The position numbers were made by a program, and so were the translations under genes. Positions 17,711-27,090 of a stretch of 64,000 bases of DNA are shown in pieces; positions within the stretch are counted from its first letter, which is position 1; each line of letters opens with the position of its first letter. The stretch spans positions 62,001 through 126,000 of IMG/VR virus record IMGVR_UViG_3300037010_001702; one strand, written 5' to 3'. The notes beneath the pieces are model-generated. The model saw only the letters and a list, made by a program, of their open reading frames with translations, was not told where the DNA came from and ran no database searches.

Positions 17711-18231
17711 TCGCTGATAAAGTATCGAAGAGCTTCTACATTGTAGAGCTAACTGGCTCCATCATCGACACGCTTATACCGAGAGAAGAATACGGCATAG
17801 AAAAGATTATGATGGGGGCAAATGACATAGGAGATGATTTGCGGGCGCTTAATGCAATGCAGCACACCTTCGAAACTCTTATTAACTTGAGCGAAAAAGA
17901 TGCGTCAAAGATAGTTAAGGAAGTTGAATTCAACCCTGAATTCTTCCCAATGGTAAAAAACGAATACGCTGAGAAGATAAAGATAGCAAAAGCACAACAG
18001 ACTCTTGACATAGAAGATGAGCTGGAACAGGGTCAAATAGCAATTCCTATGACGAAAGAATTTGATCCTCTTGGTGATTTTGTTTCTTCAAGATGGACTC
18101 TAAGCTCCGACGACTTCAAGATGGTGGGTAAGGTTGGTTTTAACCCGGAAGAATATTCTAAGCTAAAAATTCTTGAAGCGCAGGAAAATGCAAACCCGCT
18201 GATAGCTAAATCTGCTCCTCACCTTCACTAG
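17707..18231 (+). CDS. Hypothetical protein
   Basis: 174 aa coupled ORF. Confidence 0.65.
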   Translation: MIADKVSKSFYIVELTGSIIDTLIPREEYGIEKIMMGANDIGDDLRALNAMQHTFETLINLSEKDASKIVKEVEFNPEFFPMVKNEYAEKIKIAKAQQTLDIEDELEQGQIAIPMTKEFDPLGDFVSSRWTLSSDDFKMVGKVGFNPEEYSKLKILEAQENANPLIAKSAPHLH

Positions 18232-18232
18232 C

Positions 18233-18631
18233 ATGCTACAATACAGCTACGATATCAAAATAAATTCTGGCGCTGGTCTCCTAAACTTACCTACCTTTGC
18301 GGAAGCATGCCCATACGTGAATGAAATGCTCATCACTTCTAAGCAATACGAAAACCTTGTTGATTGCGAGAAGGATATGAATTCAGTTCTTGCGGTGCTT
18401 AATGCCGCAGAACGGCTGCACAAGAACAAGCCGCGTGTAATTCTCGTGAAGATTAATCCTCTCCACTCGCAGGAGCCAGCAATCTACGATCCGAAGGAAC
18501 AGTGGGATGACTTTACCGTCATGAAGTGCTTTATAGCCGACGCTGAGAGACTGAAGAAATCAGAGCTACAGTACGAGGTCTTCTCCCAGATAAAGACCTT
18601 CAATTACGCTAGCATTGATACATATCAGTAG
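18233..18631 (+). CDS. Hypothetical protein
   Basis: 132 aa coupled ORF. Confidence 0.65.
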   Translation: MLQYSYDIKINSGAGLLNLPTFAEACPYVNEMLITSKQYENLVDCEKDMNSVLAVLNAAERLHKNKPRVILVKINPLHSQEPAIYDPKEQWDDFTVMKCFIADAERLKKSELQYEVFSQIKTFNYASIDTYQ

Positions 18632-18644
18632 CATCTGATTCAGA

Positions 18645-18673
18645 TATACATATCACCCTTCGTGTGTTATAAT
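18645..18673 (+). promoter_or_regulatory. Early promoter for the replication operon
   Basis: TATACA-N17-TATAAT with extended TG. Confidence 0.7.
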
Positions 18674-18713
18674 ATGACATACGGCATACTTATCATTAAT
18701 AGGAGAAACTCAG

Positions 18714-19037
18714 ATGAAGAAAAATCAATTGGTGCCAGGTGGCAAGAAGCAATACGTTGAGATGGCAACAGTTTTGCAGAGCCCTGAATTGAAATCAAAG
18801 CTCCAAGGCTTTGTAGATGAAGTCCTCAAGGAAAAGGCTGCTATCCTTGATAAGCAGGAATCAATTAAGGTCCTACGTGATCGTGCCGTCGAAACTTTGA
18901 ACATTGAAGCTAAGATGTTCAACAACATCGTCTCTCTGTATTTCAATAACAACTTCGAACAGAAGCACGATGAGCTTGAAAAGCTTACTCAGGTAATCGA
19001 GCTCCTGACAGATGCAAACTCAGTTGGTAACAAATAA
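18714..19037 (+). CDS. T4 DsbA-like dsDNA-binding protein
   Basis: Helical KL...V.E..........IK......E.L.I..K.FN..V..Y....F pattern. Confidence 0.65.
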   Translation: MKKNQLVPGGKKQYVEMATVLQSPELKSKLQGFVDEVLKEKAAILDKQESIKVLRDRAVETLNIEAKMFNNIVSLYFNNNFEQKHDELEKLTQVIELLTDANSVGNK

Positions 19038-19237
19038 TGAAAAAGAATCTCATTATAATGCTTGAACTTACCATTGAGGACCCTAAAGGTCCTCTTGATG
19101 AAGGGCATCTTGCGCAAATTAAAGAACAAGTAGAAGTAGCTACTCAAGGTTCTTTTGCACGAGCAGTATGGAACTTTGGCTGCTTTACTGATGCCGAAGT
19201 AAAAGAAATGCATGTCGTAGAGAGCTATGGCTTCTGA
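19037..19237 (+). CDS. Hypothetical protein
   Basis: 66 aa coupled ORF. Confidence 0.55.
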   Translation: MKKNLIIMLELTIEDPKGPLDEGHLAQIKEQVEVATQGSFARAVWNFGCFTDAEVKEMHVVESYGF

Positions 19238-21956
19238 TCGCAATTATGTAGCAGCATGGGCCGACTATAAGGCTGACAAGATCATCGTGCTGGAGCGCGA
19301 CAAAGCTGGCACATTGTTCCGTGTTAAATATAATCCCCCATATTACTTCTACGTCCCTGATGAAGATGGTGACTACGAAAGTATTTGGGGCGATAAGCTT
19401 CTTCGCGCAGAGTTCTCTTCTCGTGATGAGTTTGAAGCTGCTAAGAAACATTTCCCTAGAAAGTTTGAATCTGACTTCACCCCGCTGAAACGGGTGCTGA
19501 TGGATTATTACTATAACAGACCAGCTCCGCCAATCAACTTTGCATTCCTTGATATCGAAGTTAATTATTCTAAGAAGTTAGGATTCGCAAGTCCAACAAA
19601 TCCTTATGCAGAAATAAATGCAGTAACGATTTATCAATCATGGACTAAAAAGTTCATCACACTGGTTCTTCCACCTATGGTGGATGGTGTTCTGTGGACT
19701 AATATACCTGGCAACTCTCTTCACACACTTAATGATGCAATCACTACACTCATTAGTGAAAAGAAACTGCGTGATGGATGTATTCCAGATATTGAAATTG
19801 TTATGACGGAGTATGAGCTCTTGTCTAAGATGTGTCAGGCAATTGAAGAAGCTGACATTATCTCTGGATGGAACTCTGAATTCTTTGATATCCCATACAT
19901 CGCAGAAAGATTGCTTCTTGCTGGGGGTGAAAGCTTTCTAGCTAAGCTTGAACACTACGGTGCCCGTCCTCCTAAGAAGGAGATGGTAAACCGTTTTGGT
20001 TCAGAAGAACCAGTCTATAAGTTCTCTGGCCGTAGCCACCTTGACTACATGAAGCTTTTCCAGAAGTTTACCTTTGAAGGTCGCACATCATATGCGCTTG
20101 GTAATATCCTTCAAGAAGAAGTTGGTGTAGGTAAGCTAGAATATGAAGGGTCACTTGAAGATCTTTATCACTATGACTTTCCTCTGTTTGTAGCATACAA
20201 CTTCCGAGACGTTGATGGGCTGGTCCAGCTCAACGATAAATTCAAATTCATCGCACTCGCCAATCAAATGGCTCACGAGAATACGGTTCTATTTGATGCT
20301 GTTCTCGGCACGGTGTCTTATGTTGAGACTGGGATTACTAATCATGCACATAATGTTCTGAATAAAATTGTTCATGACAAGGTAATGGGCAGTCATAACA
20401 AGGTTGAGGGGGCAATTGTTATGACACCCAGGATTGGTTTGCATGAATGGATTGGTTCTGTTGACATTAACTCCCTATATCCGAACGTTATCCGCTCGCT
20501 TAACATCTCTCCTGAAAAGATTGTTGGTCAATTCACTGCCAAGGAAGATGCGTGGCGTGATATTAGGGATGCTAACTCCAAGCGTCACTGCTTTATCTTT
20601 GAAGATGGAACGCAGGAAATTAAGACTGCTGAAGAATGGGGTGAGTTTCTTACTGAGAACAAGCTTGCGGTATCAGCATATGGTACAGTGTTTGACCAAG
20701 GAAATGGTCGCGGTGTTGTAGCAGACATTCTGCAATATTGGTATTCTGAAAGGAAAAGATTACAGGCTGAAAAGAAGAAGTATGCTAAGCTTGCTAAGGA
20801 TGAAACGGACCCAGTTAAGAAGGCCGAGTATCAAAAGCTAGAAGAAGATTTTGACTTGCTCCAGCTAACTAAGAAGATTTCTATGAACTCGCTTTATGGT
20901 TCACTTTTGAATATTGCATTCCGTTTTGGTGATGAGCGCATGGGAGCTTCTGTTACCGGTTCTGGCCGCGCCATTACAACCCACATGATCGAAACCATTG
21001 GTGAGATCATCACTGGCAGGCTTGACAAGTTGGTCAAGACAACTACTACTGACAAGGATGGTAAGCTTGTTCATGAATACTTCTCACCAAATGGCTCGAT
21101 CATCTACGGTGATACCGACTCCTGTTACTACAAGACATATGCAACTAACAAGGAAGATGCAATCGAAGCTGCTGACGCAGCTGCTGACGGTGTGAATGCT
21201 TCATTCCCACCATTCATGCGAAAAGCTTTCAAGTGCCAACCAGAATTTGATCAACTCATCAAGGCTGGTCGTGAAATTGTTGGTGTTCGCGGATTGTTTC
21301 AGGCTAAGAAGAAGTACATGGTCAAGGTAGTTGACATGGAAGGATTCGCAGTCAGCAAGATGAAGTCCATGGGGTCAGAAATTAAAAAAGCTGATACCCC
21401 AAAAGTGATTCAAGCATTCCTGAAAGAAACGGTCGATATGATTTTGGAAGGTCGCTCTTATCCTGAGGTGGTGGAGTATGTAAATGAGCAGCGGATTGAA
21501 ATCCTGAAAAAGAATAAGCTCAGCATCTTCTCCCTAGGGGTTGCAAAGCAAGTAAATAGTCTAGACAAATACATGGCTGAATATCTAAACCCAGGAACGC
21601 AGAAGTCCTTGGATAAGAATGGTAAAATGCGCAGTCTAACTATTCCAGGTCATGTGAAGGCAGCTTTGAACTACAACAAAGCTCTTCAGCACTTTGATAA
21701 GGGTTCAAAAGAAATCCATTCAGGTGATAAAGTGGTTCAGTTCTACCTTAAGAAGAATGAATTTGGCTTTGAGACAATTGCATTCCCATCTGAGTTGTCA
21801 AAGTTCCCGCCTTGGTTCCTTGATAACTTCCAAGTCAATGTAAAAATGACAGAGGATAAGATGTTTGACAACAAGCTGGCTGGGATATTCTCAGCCCTTG
21901 GTAAGGATGTTCCCTCTCCACAATCCGTTTTAACACACAAAATACTGACTTTCTAA
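19227..21956 (+). CDS. gp43: Family B DNA polymerase (gp43-like)
   Basis: Exonuclease motifs DIE, GWNSEFFD, YN..D; polymerase motifs DINSLYP, KISMNSLYG, YGDTDS, KKKY. Confidence 0.97.
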   Translation: MASDRNYVAAWADYKADKIIVLERDKAGTLFRVKYNPPYYFYVPDEDGDYESIWGDKLLRAEFSSRDEFEAAKKHFPRKFESDFTPLKRVLMDYYYNRPAPPINFAFLDIEVNYSKKLGFASPTNPYAEINAVTIYQSWTKKFITLVLPPMVDGVLWTNIPGNSLHTLNDAITTLISEKKLRDGCIPDIEIVMTEYELLSKMCQAIEEADIISGWNSEFFDIPYIAERLLLAGGESFLAKLEHYGARPPKKEMVNRFGSEEPVYKFSGRSHLDYMKLFQKFTFEGRTSYALGNILQEEVGVGKLEYEGSLEDLYHYDFPLFVAYNFRDVDGLVQLNDKFKFIALANQMAHENTVLFDAVLGTVSYVETGITNHAHNVLNKIVHDKVMGSHNKVEGAIVMTPRIGLHEWIGSVDINSLYPNVIRSLNISPEKIVGQFTAKEDAWRDIRDANSKRHCFIFEDGTQEIKTAEEWGEFLTENKLAVSAYGTVFDQGNGRGVVADILQYWYSERKRLQAEKKKYAKLAKDETDPVKKAEYQKLEEDFDLLQLTKKISMNSLYGSLLNIAFRFGDERMGASVTGSGRAITTHMIETIGEIITGRLDKLVKTTTTDKDGKLVHEYFSPNGSIIYGDTDSCYYKTYATNKEDAIEAADAAADGVNASFPPFMRKAFKCQPEFDQLIKAGREIVGVRGLFQAKKKYMVKVVDMEGFAVSKMKSMGSEIKKADTPKVIQAFLKETVDMILEGRSYPEVVEYVNEQRIEILKKNKLSIFSLGVAKQVNSLDKYMAEYLNPGTQKSLDKNGKMRSLTIPGHVKAALNYNKALQHFDKGSKEIHSGDKVVQFYLKKNEFGFETIAFPSELSKFPPWFLDNFQVNVKMTEDKMFDNKLAGIFSALGKDVPSPQSVLTHKILTF

Positions 21957-21959
21957 AAT

Positions 21960-22679
21960 ATGAAACTTTCATCGCAAGACACATTAAATCTGGAAAACAT
22001 CATGTCGGTGTTGGCCGTTGGCGGTATCGAGAACGTTGTTTTCGAAGATGGTTACGTTCGGGGTGTGAACCCTGAAAAAACATTTGCCATTATTTCAAAC
22101 ACAAACGTACCGAAATTTCCACAGAAGATTGGTATCTCTAGGGTTAGTACCCTTGCCTCACGACTAGCTGTCTTTAAGGGTAAGGACCCAATCATTGAAG
22201 CTCGTGAAACAGAACGTGGTGAAATAGCGATGCTTGACATTACTGCTGGTAGAAGCAAGGTTCAATTCCGCTGCACGTCGACCATGCTGATTAAGTTTCC
22301 CAAGGGAGAGTTCAACGATGCGCGAGCAAATGTCATTACTCTTACAAAGGAAGAAATCAAAACCATCCTTGACGCTATTCGAGTGATGAGTTGCAAAAAA
22401 GTCACAATGAGCATCAGAAAAAGCGGTGAGGTAAAGTTTGACATCCCTGATGAATCAAATGACACGTTTACAGTAACTCTTTGTACTGGAGTTAAATCGG
22501 ATAGTGATAGCGTTGTTCACTACTATCAATCAACAGTCTTTGTTGCTCTACTAAAATCTAAGTTGGACAATGATACGACTACACTTGACATCGGTGAGAT
22601 GGGAACAATCTTAACCACAATCAACGATCACAGCGTTGCTGTTTTACCGCAAATCGGCGATTCAGATAAAGAGGAATAA
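21960..22679 (+). CDS. Probable sliding clamp (gp45-like)
   Basis: 239 aa alpha/beta protein directly after the polymerase; size and position fit. Confidence 0.6.
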   Translation: MKLSSQDTLNLENIMSVLAVGGIENVVFEDGYVRGVNPEKTFAIISNTNVPKFPQKIGISRVSTLASRLAVFKGKDPIIEARETERGEIAMLDITAGRSKVQFRCTSTMLIKFPKGEFNDARANVITLTKEEIKTILDAIRVMSCKKVTMSIRKSGEVKFDIPDESNDTFTVTLCTGVKSDSDSVVHYYQSTVFVALLKSKLDNDTTTLDIGEMGTILTTINDHSVAVLPQIGDSDKEE

Positions 22680-22682
22680 ATC

Positions 22683-23048
22683 ATGGAACTAGGTCTCAAC
22701 TATACAGGTCAAGAAACGGGAATGGTGCAAACCATTAAGAACCTTCAGCGACAGCTAGCGGAAGCTAATGCCATTGTTTCTAAATGGGGTCTTAACTTCG
22801 AGGTAAAAGTAGCTCCAAATCCGTCTGGTGCTTTTGACATCAGCGTAAACGCAACCCGTGGAGAGAAGGCATCCACGCAGGTAATTCCAATGTCGCGCGT
22901 GCTTTTCTACGCTGAAGATGCAGCAGGACTTATTGCCGAGCTTGAGGAATCAATCTACGACATGCTTCTAAAACATCTCATCCGTGAAGAGCTTAGTCCA
23001 CTTGTGACCAGAGCAGTAACAAACGTAACAAAGCTGAGCAGAAAATGA
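22683..23048 (+). CDS. Hypothetical protein
   Basis: 121 aa with GAGG RBS. Confidence 0.65.
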   Translation: MELGLNYTGQETGMVQTIKNLQRQLAEANAIVSKWGLNFEVKVAPNPSGAFDISVNATRGEKASTQVIPMSRVLFYAEDAAGLIAELEESIYDMLLKHLIREELSPLVTRAVTNVTKLSRK

Positions 23049-23350
23049 AACCTAAACTTCTAATCAAACTGCAAGAGCTTCTTGTATCTCGTTCAAAGCA
23101 ACCATGGAGCTGTTTTGAAACAAGTGGAATGGATGCTGATGGCCGCATTGGATTCTCAATGCGCTGGAACAAAGCGTTCATTAAGCACCTTCATGGGCGT
23201 GGCTTCCATGGTCTCACTGACGAGGAAACTGTTCAAATGTTCTTCATGATGAGTCAGATGATTCCCGAAGAGCTGGCTAATCAATCAGACACCATCAACC
23301 CATCAGGCACTCCTCACCTTACAAGTGAAGCAAACACCCTACGGAGATAA
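23045..23350 (+). CDS. Conserved phage hypothetical protein
   Basis: WN..FI..L...G..G.TDEE.V..FF motif. Confidence 0.65.
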   Translation: MKPKLLIKLQELLVSRSKQPWSCFETSGMDADGRIGFSMRWNKAFIKHLHGRGFHGLTDEETVQMFFMMSQMIPEELANQSDTINPSGTPHLTSEANTLRR

Positions 23351-23352
23351 TC

Positions 23353-23643
23353 GTGATAGATGATCTTAACAAACTATCAGCGAACGTGAATGAAATTTTT
23401 GAACTTCGCTTCAAGTGTATGGAATCAGATAACTTTGCTCCACTTGAGCAAAAGCTTCAAACTATCATGCAGACCATCACACGCTACTCATCTGCTCAGG
23501 TTGCAGTTCAGCTTCGAGCTACTGCAAACATCAATGACAGGCTGCCGACATGGACTCCTCTACTCAATCGCAGCGTTGAGCTGGGCCATCTGAATGGTGA
23601 TGACGTAGAAGACATCTTCTATGGTTTACTTGCATATAGGTAA
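23353..23643 (+). CDS. Hypothetical protein
   Basis: 96 aa; GTG start with GGAG RBS. Confidence 0.6.
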   Translation: MIDDLNKLSANVNEIFELRFKCMESDNFAPLEQKLQTIMQTITRYSSAQVAVQLRATANINDRLPTWTPLLNRSVELGHLNGDDVEDIFYGLLAYR

Positions 23644-23653
23644 GAGTTATAAT
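23625..23653 (+). promoter_or_regulatory. Early promoter
   Basis: (G)TTTACT-N17-TATAAT. Confidence 0.75.
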
Positions 23654-23855
23654 AAAAGTAGAACTTAACGAAGTGAAGAAAGCCCCCGAGGTTTTTAACA
23701 AGACTAATTCTATCCTGCTAGGATCAATTAAGTGGTTTAATGACGGAACCCCGTTATCCTATCTATCATAACAGAGTATATCATCGATTGGACATACCTC
23801 TTGGGTTAAACAATATGAGCTTTGCTTGAGAATATCTCCTACCTAAGGAATTTAA

Positions 23856-24851
23856 ATGAAACGTTTGATTTTTGATACCGCAAATATTCTATTTCGGGCA
23901 CACGCTGCGAACAGCATGCATAACAAGGGCGGCAGTCCTGAGGAACAAGCTGGACTTGCGATGCATGTTGCACTGCGTTCACTTAACAAGTACTACAAGC
24001 AATTCAAACCAGATCAGGTAGCTGTAACATTTGAAGGTACAAACAACTGGCGCAAGGAATACACGAAGTCTGAAAAATGTATCTCAAAAAAGGTGTACAA
24101 GGCAAATCGTGTGAAGGATTCCTCGATGGAACCATTCTTTGAGCTAATTAAATCATTTGAAGAGCTAGCTCGCAACCACACCTCCCTGGTGTGTCTGTCA
24201 AACCCACTCCTTGAAGGTGACGATCTTTTTGGCGGCTATGTCCGTCGATTCACAGCCCAAGGTGACGAGGTAATCGGTGTTTCCGGAGATAAGGACTTCG
24301 TCCAGCTTTGGAAGCACAAGGGATTCACTCTCATTAATCCAGACAATGGAAAGCCCCGTACCCTTATTGACACTTGTGGTGTTGATGATGCAGATTACTT
24401 TATGTTTGAAAAAGCATTCCGTGGAGATAAGGGAGATAACGTTTTCTCAGCGTATCCACGAGTTCAAGCAAAGCGTCTTCAAAAGGCTTTCAGTGACGAC
24501 TATGAACTAACCAAGCTGATGAATGAAACATGGACATTTACAGATCCAGATACTAATGAGGTTACAACCTATCTCGTATCCGATCTGTTCGAGGAAAACA
24601 ATCGCCTCATGAACCTTGAATGCCAACCAGACAACATCAAGAAGGTTATTGAAGAGACTCTCGATCACGAGTTAGTCAATCACGGAAAATTCTCCTTCTT
24701 TGCATTTACTAAATTCTGCGGAAAATTCGGTTTAAAACAAATTGCAGAAGACTCTACAGCGTTTGTTAATATGTTCAGTGTAACAGGCCAGAGGTCTCCG
24801 TTGAAAGAAGAGACCTCTGCAGTTCGTAAGAAAGCATTACTGGAGTTTTAA
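23856..24851 (+). CDS. rnh: T4 RNase H-like 5'-3' exonuclease / flap nuclease
   Basis: D..N..FR, WRK....YKANR, EGDD, SGDKDF.QL, GDKGDN. Confidence 0.92.
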   Translation: MKRLIFDTANILFRAHAANSMHNKGGSPEEQAGLAMHVALRSLNKYYKQFKPDQVAVTFEGTNNWRKEYTKSEKCISKKVYKANRVKDSSMEPFFELIKSFEELARNHTSLVCLSNPLLEGDDLFGGYVRRFTAQGDEVIGVSGDKDFVQLWKHKGFTLINPDNGKPRTLIDTCGVDDADYFMFEKAFRGDKGDNVFSAYPRVQAKRLQKAFSDDYELTKLMNETWTFTDPDTNEVTTYLVSDLFEENNRLMNLECQPDNIKKVIEETLDHELVNHGKFSFFAFTKFCGKFGLKQIAEDSTAFVNMFSVTGQRSPLKEETSAVRKKALLEF

Positions 24852-25300
24852 TGAAAGCATTCAATTTATCTAAGAAGTCTTTGCATTGGCATCTTGCTGT
24901 CACTTATGGTAATCACTGCGAGTGGGATACTGACCCTGATCTCTGTAGTTATTTACAACGCGTTGTACAGGGTGTAATTGTAGCCTCGCTAGCAGCATTT
25001 GTTGGTGGGTTAGGCATTGGTGTTCCATTTGGCGAGCTACTTGCTTGGATAGCATATGTTGCAGCAAATGAACTTGTGCCTATGACTGTACCAGCTGCAG
25101 CAGCCATGCTCATAATCTTTGCAGTAGTTGTATTCGTGTGTGGATTTCTTCTGTTTAATACTGATAGGGGAGAAGAAATTGTTGGCGTCATCAAAAAGAA
25201 TATCAGAGTGTCAATACCTAAACCTAAGCAGGAATCGTTTATCGTGCTAGCATATCATAGCTTTAAAGATAAGACGTGTGTAAGACTGTCAATTCAATAA
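24851..25300 (+). CDS. Membrane protein
   Basis: Two to three hydrophobic helices. Confidence 0.65.
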   Translation: MKAFNLSKKSLHWHLAVTYGNHCEWDTDPDLCSYLQRVVQGVIVASLAAFVGGLGIGVPFGELLAWIAYVAANELVPMTVPAAAAMLIIFAVVVFVCGFLLFNTDRGEEIVGVIKKNIRVSIPKPKQESFIVLAYHSFKDKTCVRLSIQ

Positions 25301-25324
25301 CCTGTTATCAGTCAGCCCGACCCC

Positions 25325-25332
25325 TATAAATA
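25325..25332 (+). promoter_or_regulatory. Late promoter TATAAATA
   Basis: Exact consensus. Confidence 0.75.
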
Positions 25333-25401
25333 TTAGGTGAATATTCAACCTTGGGTTTTTAAAACGTATGCACGTTATCCCAATATACTAAAGGAGTCTC
25401 T

Positions 25402-25842
25402 ATGGCAACACAAGCACGCGAAACAATCGAACTAACCCCAACATCCCTTCCACACATTTTCTTGTGCGACGTTGATGATTCTGGACTTCTTAAGGAAGTT
25501 ATGGTTGTCAAGAAGTTTAAGGACGGTTCAATCTACTACATCGAAATTGACGCTCTTCACAACATTGACAAGGGTCGTATTAAGAAGATCGTTTCTTCTC
25601 AGCATGCTGACAAGTACGAAGCATGGGAATTGCTTTCACAGGCACGCCTTTCAAATGGTATGAATGCTCTTGATTTCTTCCACTCAAACAACGTTAAGTC
25701 CAAGCGTCCTAAGGGTGCTCGTGCTTCAACAGGTAGTCTTGAATCCGTTCAAGCTTATGGTACAGACAAGATGATTGGTTCTGACTTCGTCAATCCAGCA
25801 GAAGCTCAGCTTGACAAGACCACCGGCAACTTCATCAGCTAA
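25402..25842 (+). CDS. Conserved phage hypothetical late protein
   Basis: AAGGAG RBS; strongly biased codons; L...RL.NG.NAL..FH motif. Confidence 0.75.
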   Translation: MATQARETIELTPTSLPHIFLCDVDDSGLLKEVMVVKKFKDGSIYYIEIDALHNIDKGRIKKIVSSQHADKYEAWELLSQARLSNGMNALDFFHSNNVKSKRPKGARASTGSLESVQAYGTDKMIGSDFVNPAEAQLDKTTGNFIS

Positions 25843-25889
25843 TCGTGTTAGATGAAGTGATTGCACCACCGAAAAACAGAATTGTATGA

Positions 25890-26013
25890 TGAATCTGTGA
25901 AGACATTCACAGATTCAAGGACTTTGATGGCGATGGCAAAGGGAGGCGGACATTCTTCTGCAGAAGAATGTCTAGCTGAAAACTTTTGTTAGGGCAAATT
26001 TTTGCCCTAACAA
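25890..26013. repeat. Three tandem near-perfect palindromes
   Basis: 25890-25917 (12 bp arms, 4 nt loop), 25949-25972 (perfect 24 bp), 25986-26013 (13 bp arms, 2 nt loop). Confidence 0.9.
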
Positions 26014-26024
26014 CAATGACGCTG

Positions 26025-26060
26025 CTGGGACCTGGAGAAATTCAGGTCCCAGTTTTGTTT
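26025..26060 (+). terminator. Intrinsic terminator
   Basis: CTGGGACCTG...CAGGTCCCAG followed by TTTTGTTT. Confidence 0.8.
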
Positions 26061-26193
26061 TATATTACCATTTGATATAATGAATGATACTCCTAGAGTA
26101 TAAATAAAATTTCATCATCTATATTGATATGAAAGCTCTGCTCTCTAACGTAAGAAAGTATGACCAACCCCTAAACAAGGAAGGAAAAACCCA

Positions 26194-26835
26194 ATGAAGT
26201 TAAGCAACTTTATTCTATCAATTGTTGCAAGCACAGTAATAGGGCTGGCAGTAAGTAGCTCCTATTTTGTTATCTCTAAACAATCATCAGCAGAAATCAC
26301 GGTTGTGGCCAGTGATTCCAACAGAGTCTCAATGGACATACCGAAAAATCTATCTCACCACCAAGCTGAGCTTCTTAGCCAGGCGTACGAGATTGCCCAA
26401 AAAGACGGGCACAAGCAACCACAAATCCTTCAGGGTATCATCCTTCAAGAGACAAAGGCTGGTGATCTGAAATCCTACAAGGTTGCAGGTCAAGAGTTTG
26501 GGTTGAAGACAAATGCTCGCTATTACGGTGTTGCTCAAATCAAGCTAGACGCTGCTAAGGACGTGCTGAAAACATTCCCTGATTTAAAGATAGAGTTTGG
26601 ATTCCACACTAACACTGACGAGGAAGTAATTGCCAAGCTAATTGAGAATGACAGGTTCAATATGTCAATAGCCAGCAAGTATCTCTTGTTACTCCGAAAT
26701 GCCGGATATGATACAATAAAGCAATTAGCAGTAGCGTATAACCAAGGTGCTGGTGGTGCTAGGAATATTGATCCAAACAAGAACCATTATTCAAATGGCG
26801 TGATGGCCTACATTCAACAAATTAAGATTAACTAG
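26194..26835 (+). CDS. Lytic transglycosylase (SLT family) with N-terminal signal anchor
   Basis: LQET (catalytic Glu), YGVAQI, AYNQG; TATAAATA at 26099-26106. Confidence 0.85.
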   Translation: MKLSNFILSIVASTVIGLAVSSSYFVISKQSSAEITVVASDSNRVSMDIPKNLSHHQAELLSQAYEIAQKDGHKQPQILQGIILQETKAGDLKSYKVAGQEFGLKTNARYYGVAQIKLDAAKDVLKTFPDLKIEFGFHTNTDEEVIAKLIENDRFNMSIASKYLLLLRNAGYDTIKQLAVAYNQGAGGARNIDPNKNHYSNGVMAYIQQIKIN

Positions 26836-26850
26836 CCTTTGAGATTGATT

Positions 26851-27090
26851 TTATATCAGCAGCACGTGTGCTATAAAATGTTCTCGACCAGTAAGTCTAA
26901 CTAAATTATCCTTATCATTTGTCTGCGAAATACAAAGTGGAATTATGTGATGAAGTTCAGCATATTCTAAAGGCTGATCCCTGTTTAAAGCTTTTTCCAT
27001 CAAGTTATAATAGCATTTTGAATACTTGTTATGTTTAAACAGCTTCGTCTTGGTGATCTGATTAAGGAAAAGGTTCATTTTACACTCCAC
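26851..27090 (-). pseudogene. Truncated HNH homing endonuclease
   Basis: NKYSKCYYNL...ELHHIIPLC.....DNLVRLTGREHFIAHVLL, then stop; DNA-binding tail absent. Confidence 0.8.

Noticed and set aside
25890-26060. Mini CRISPR array or tRNA
   Set aside because: The palindromes are not direct repeats of each other, and no cloverleaf or T-loop motif was found
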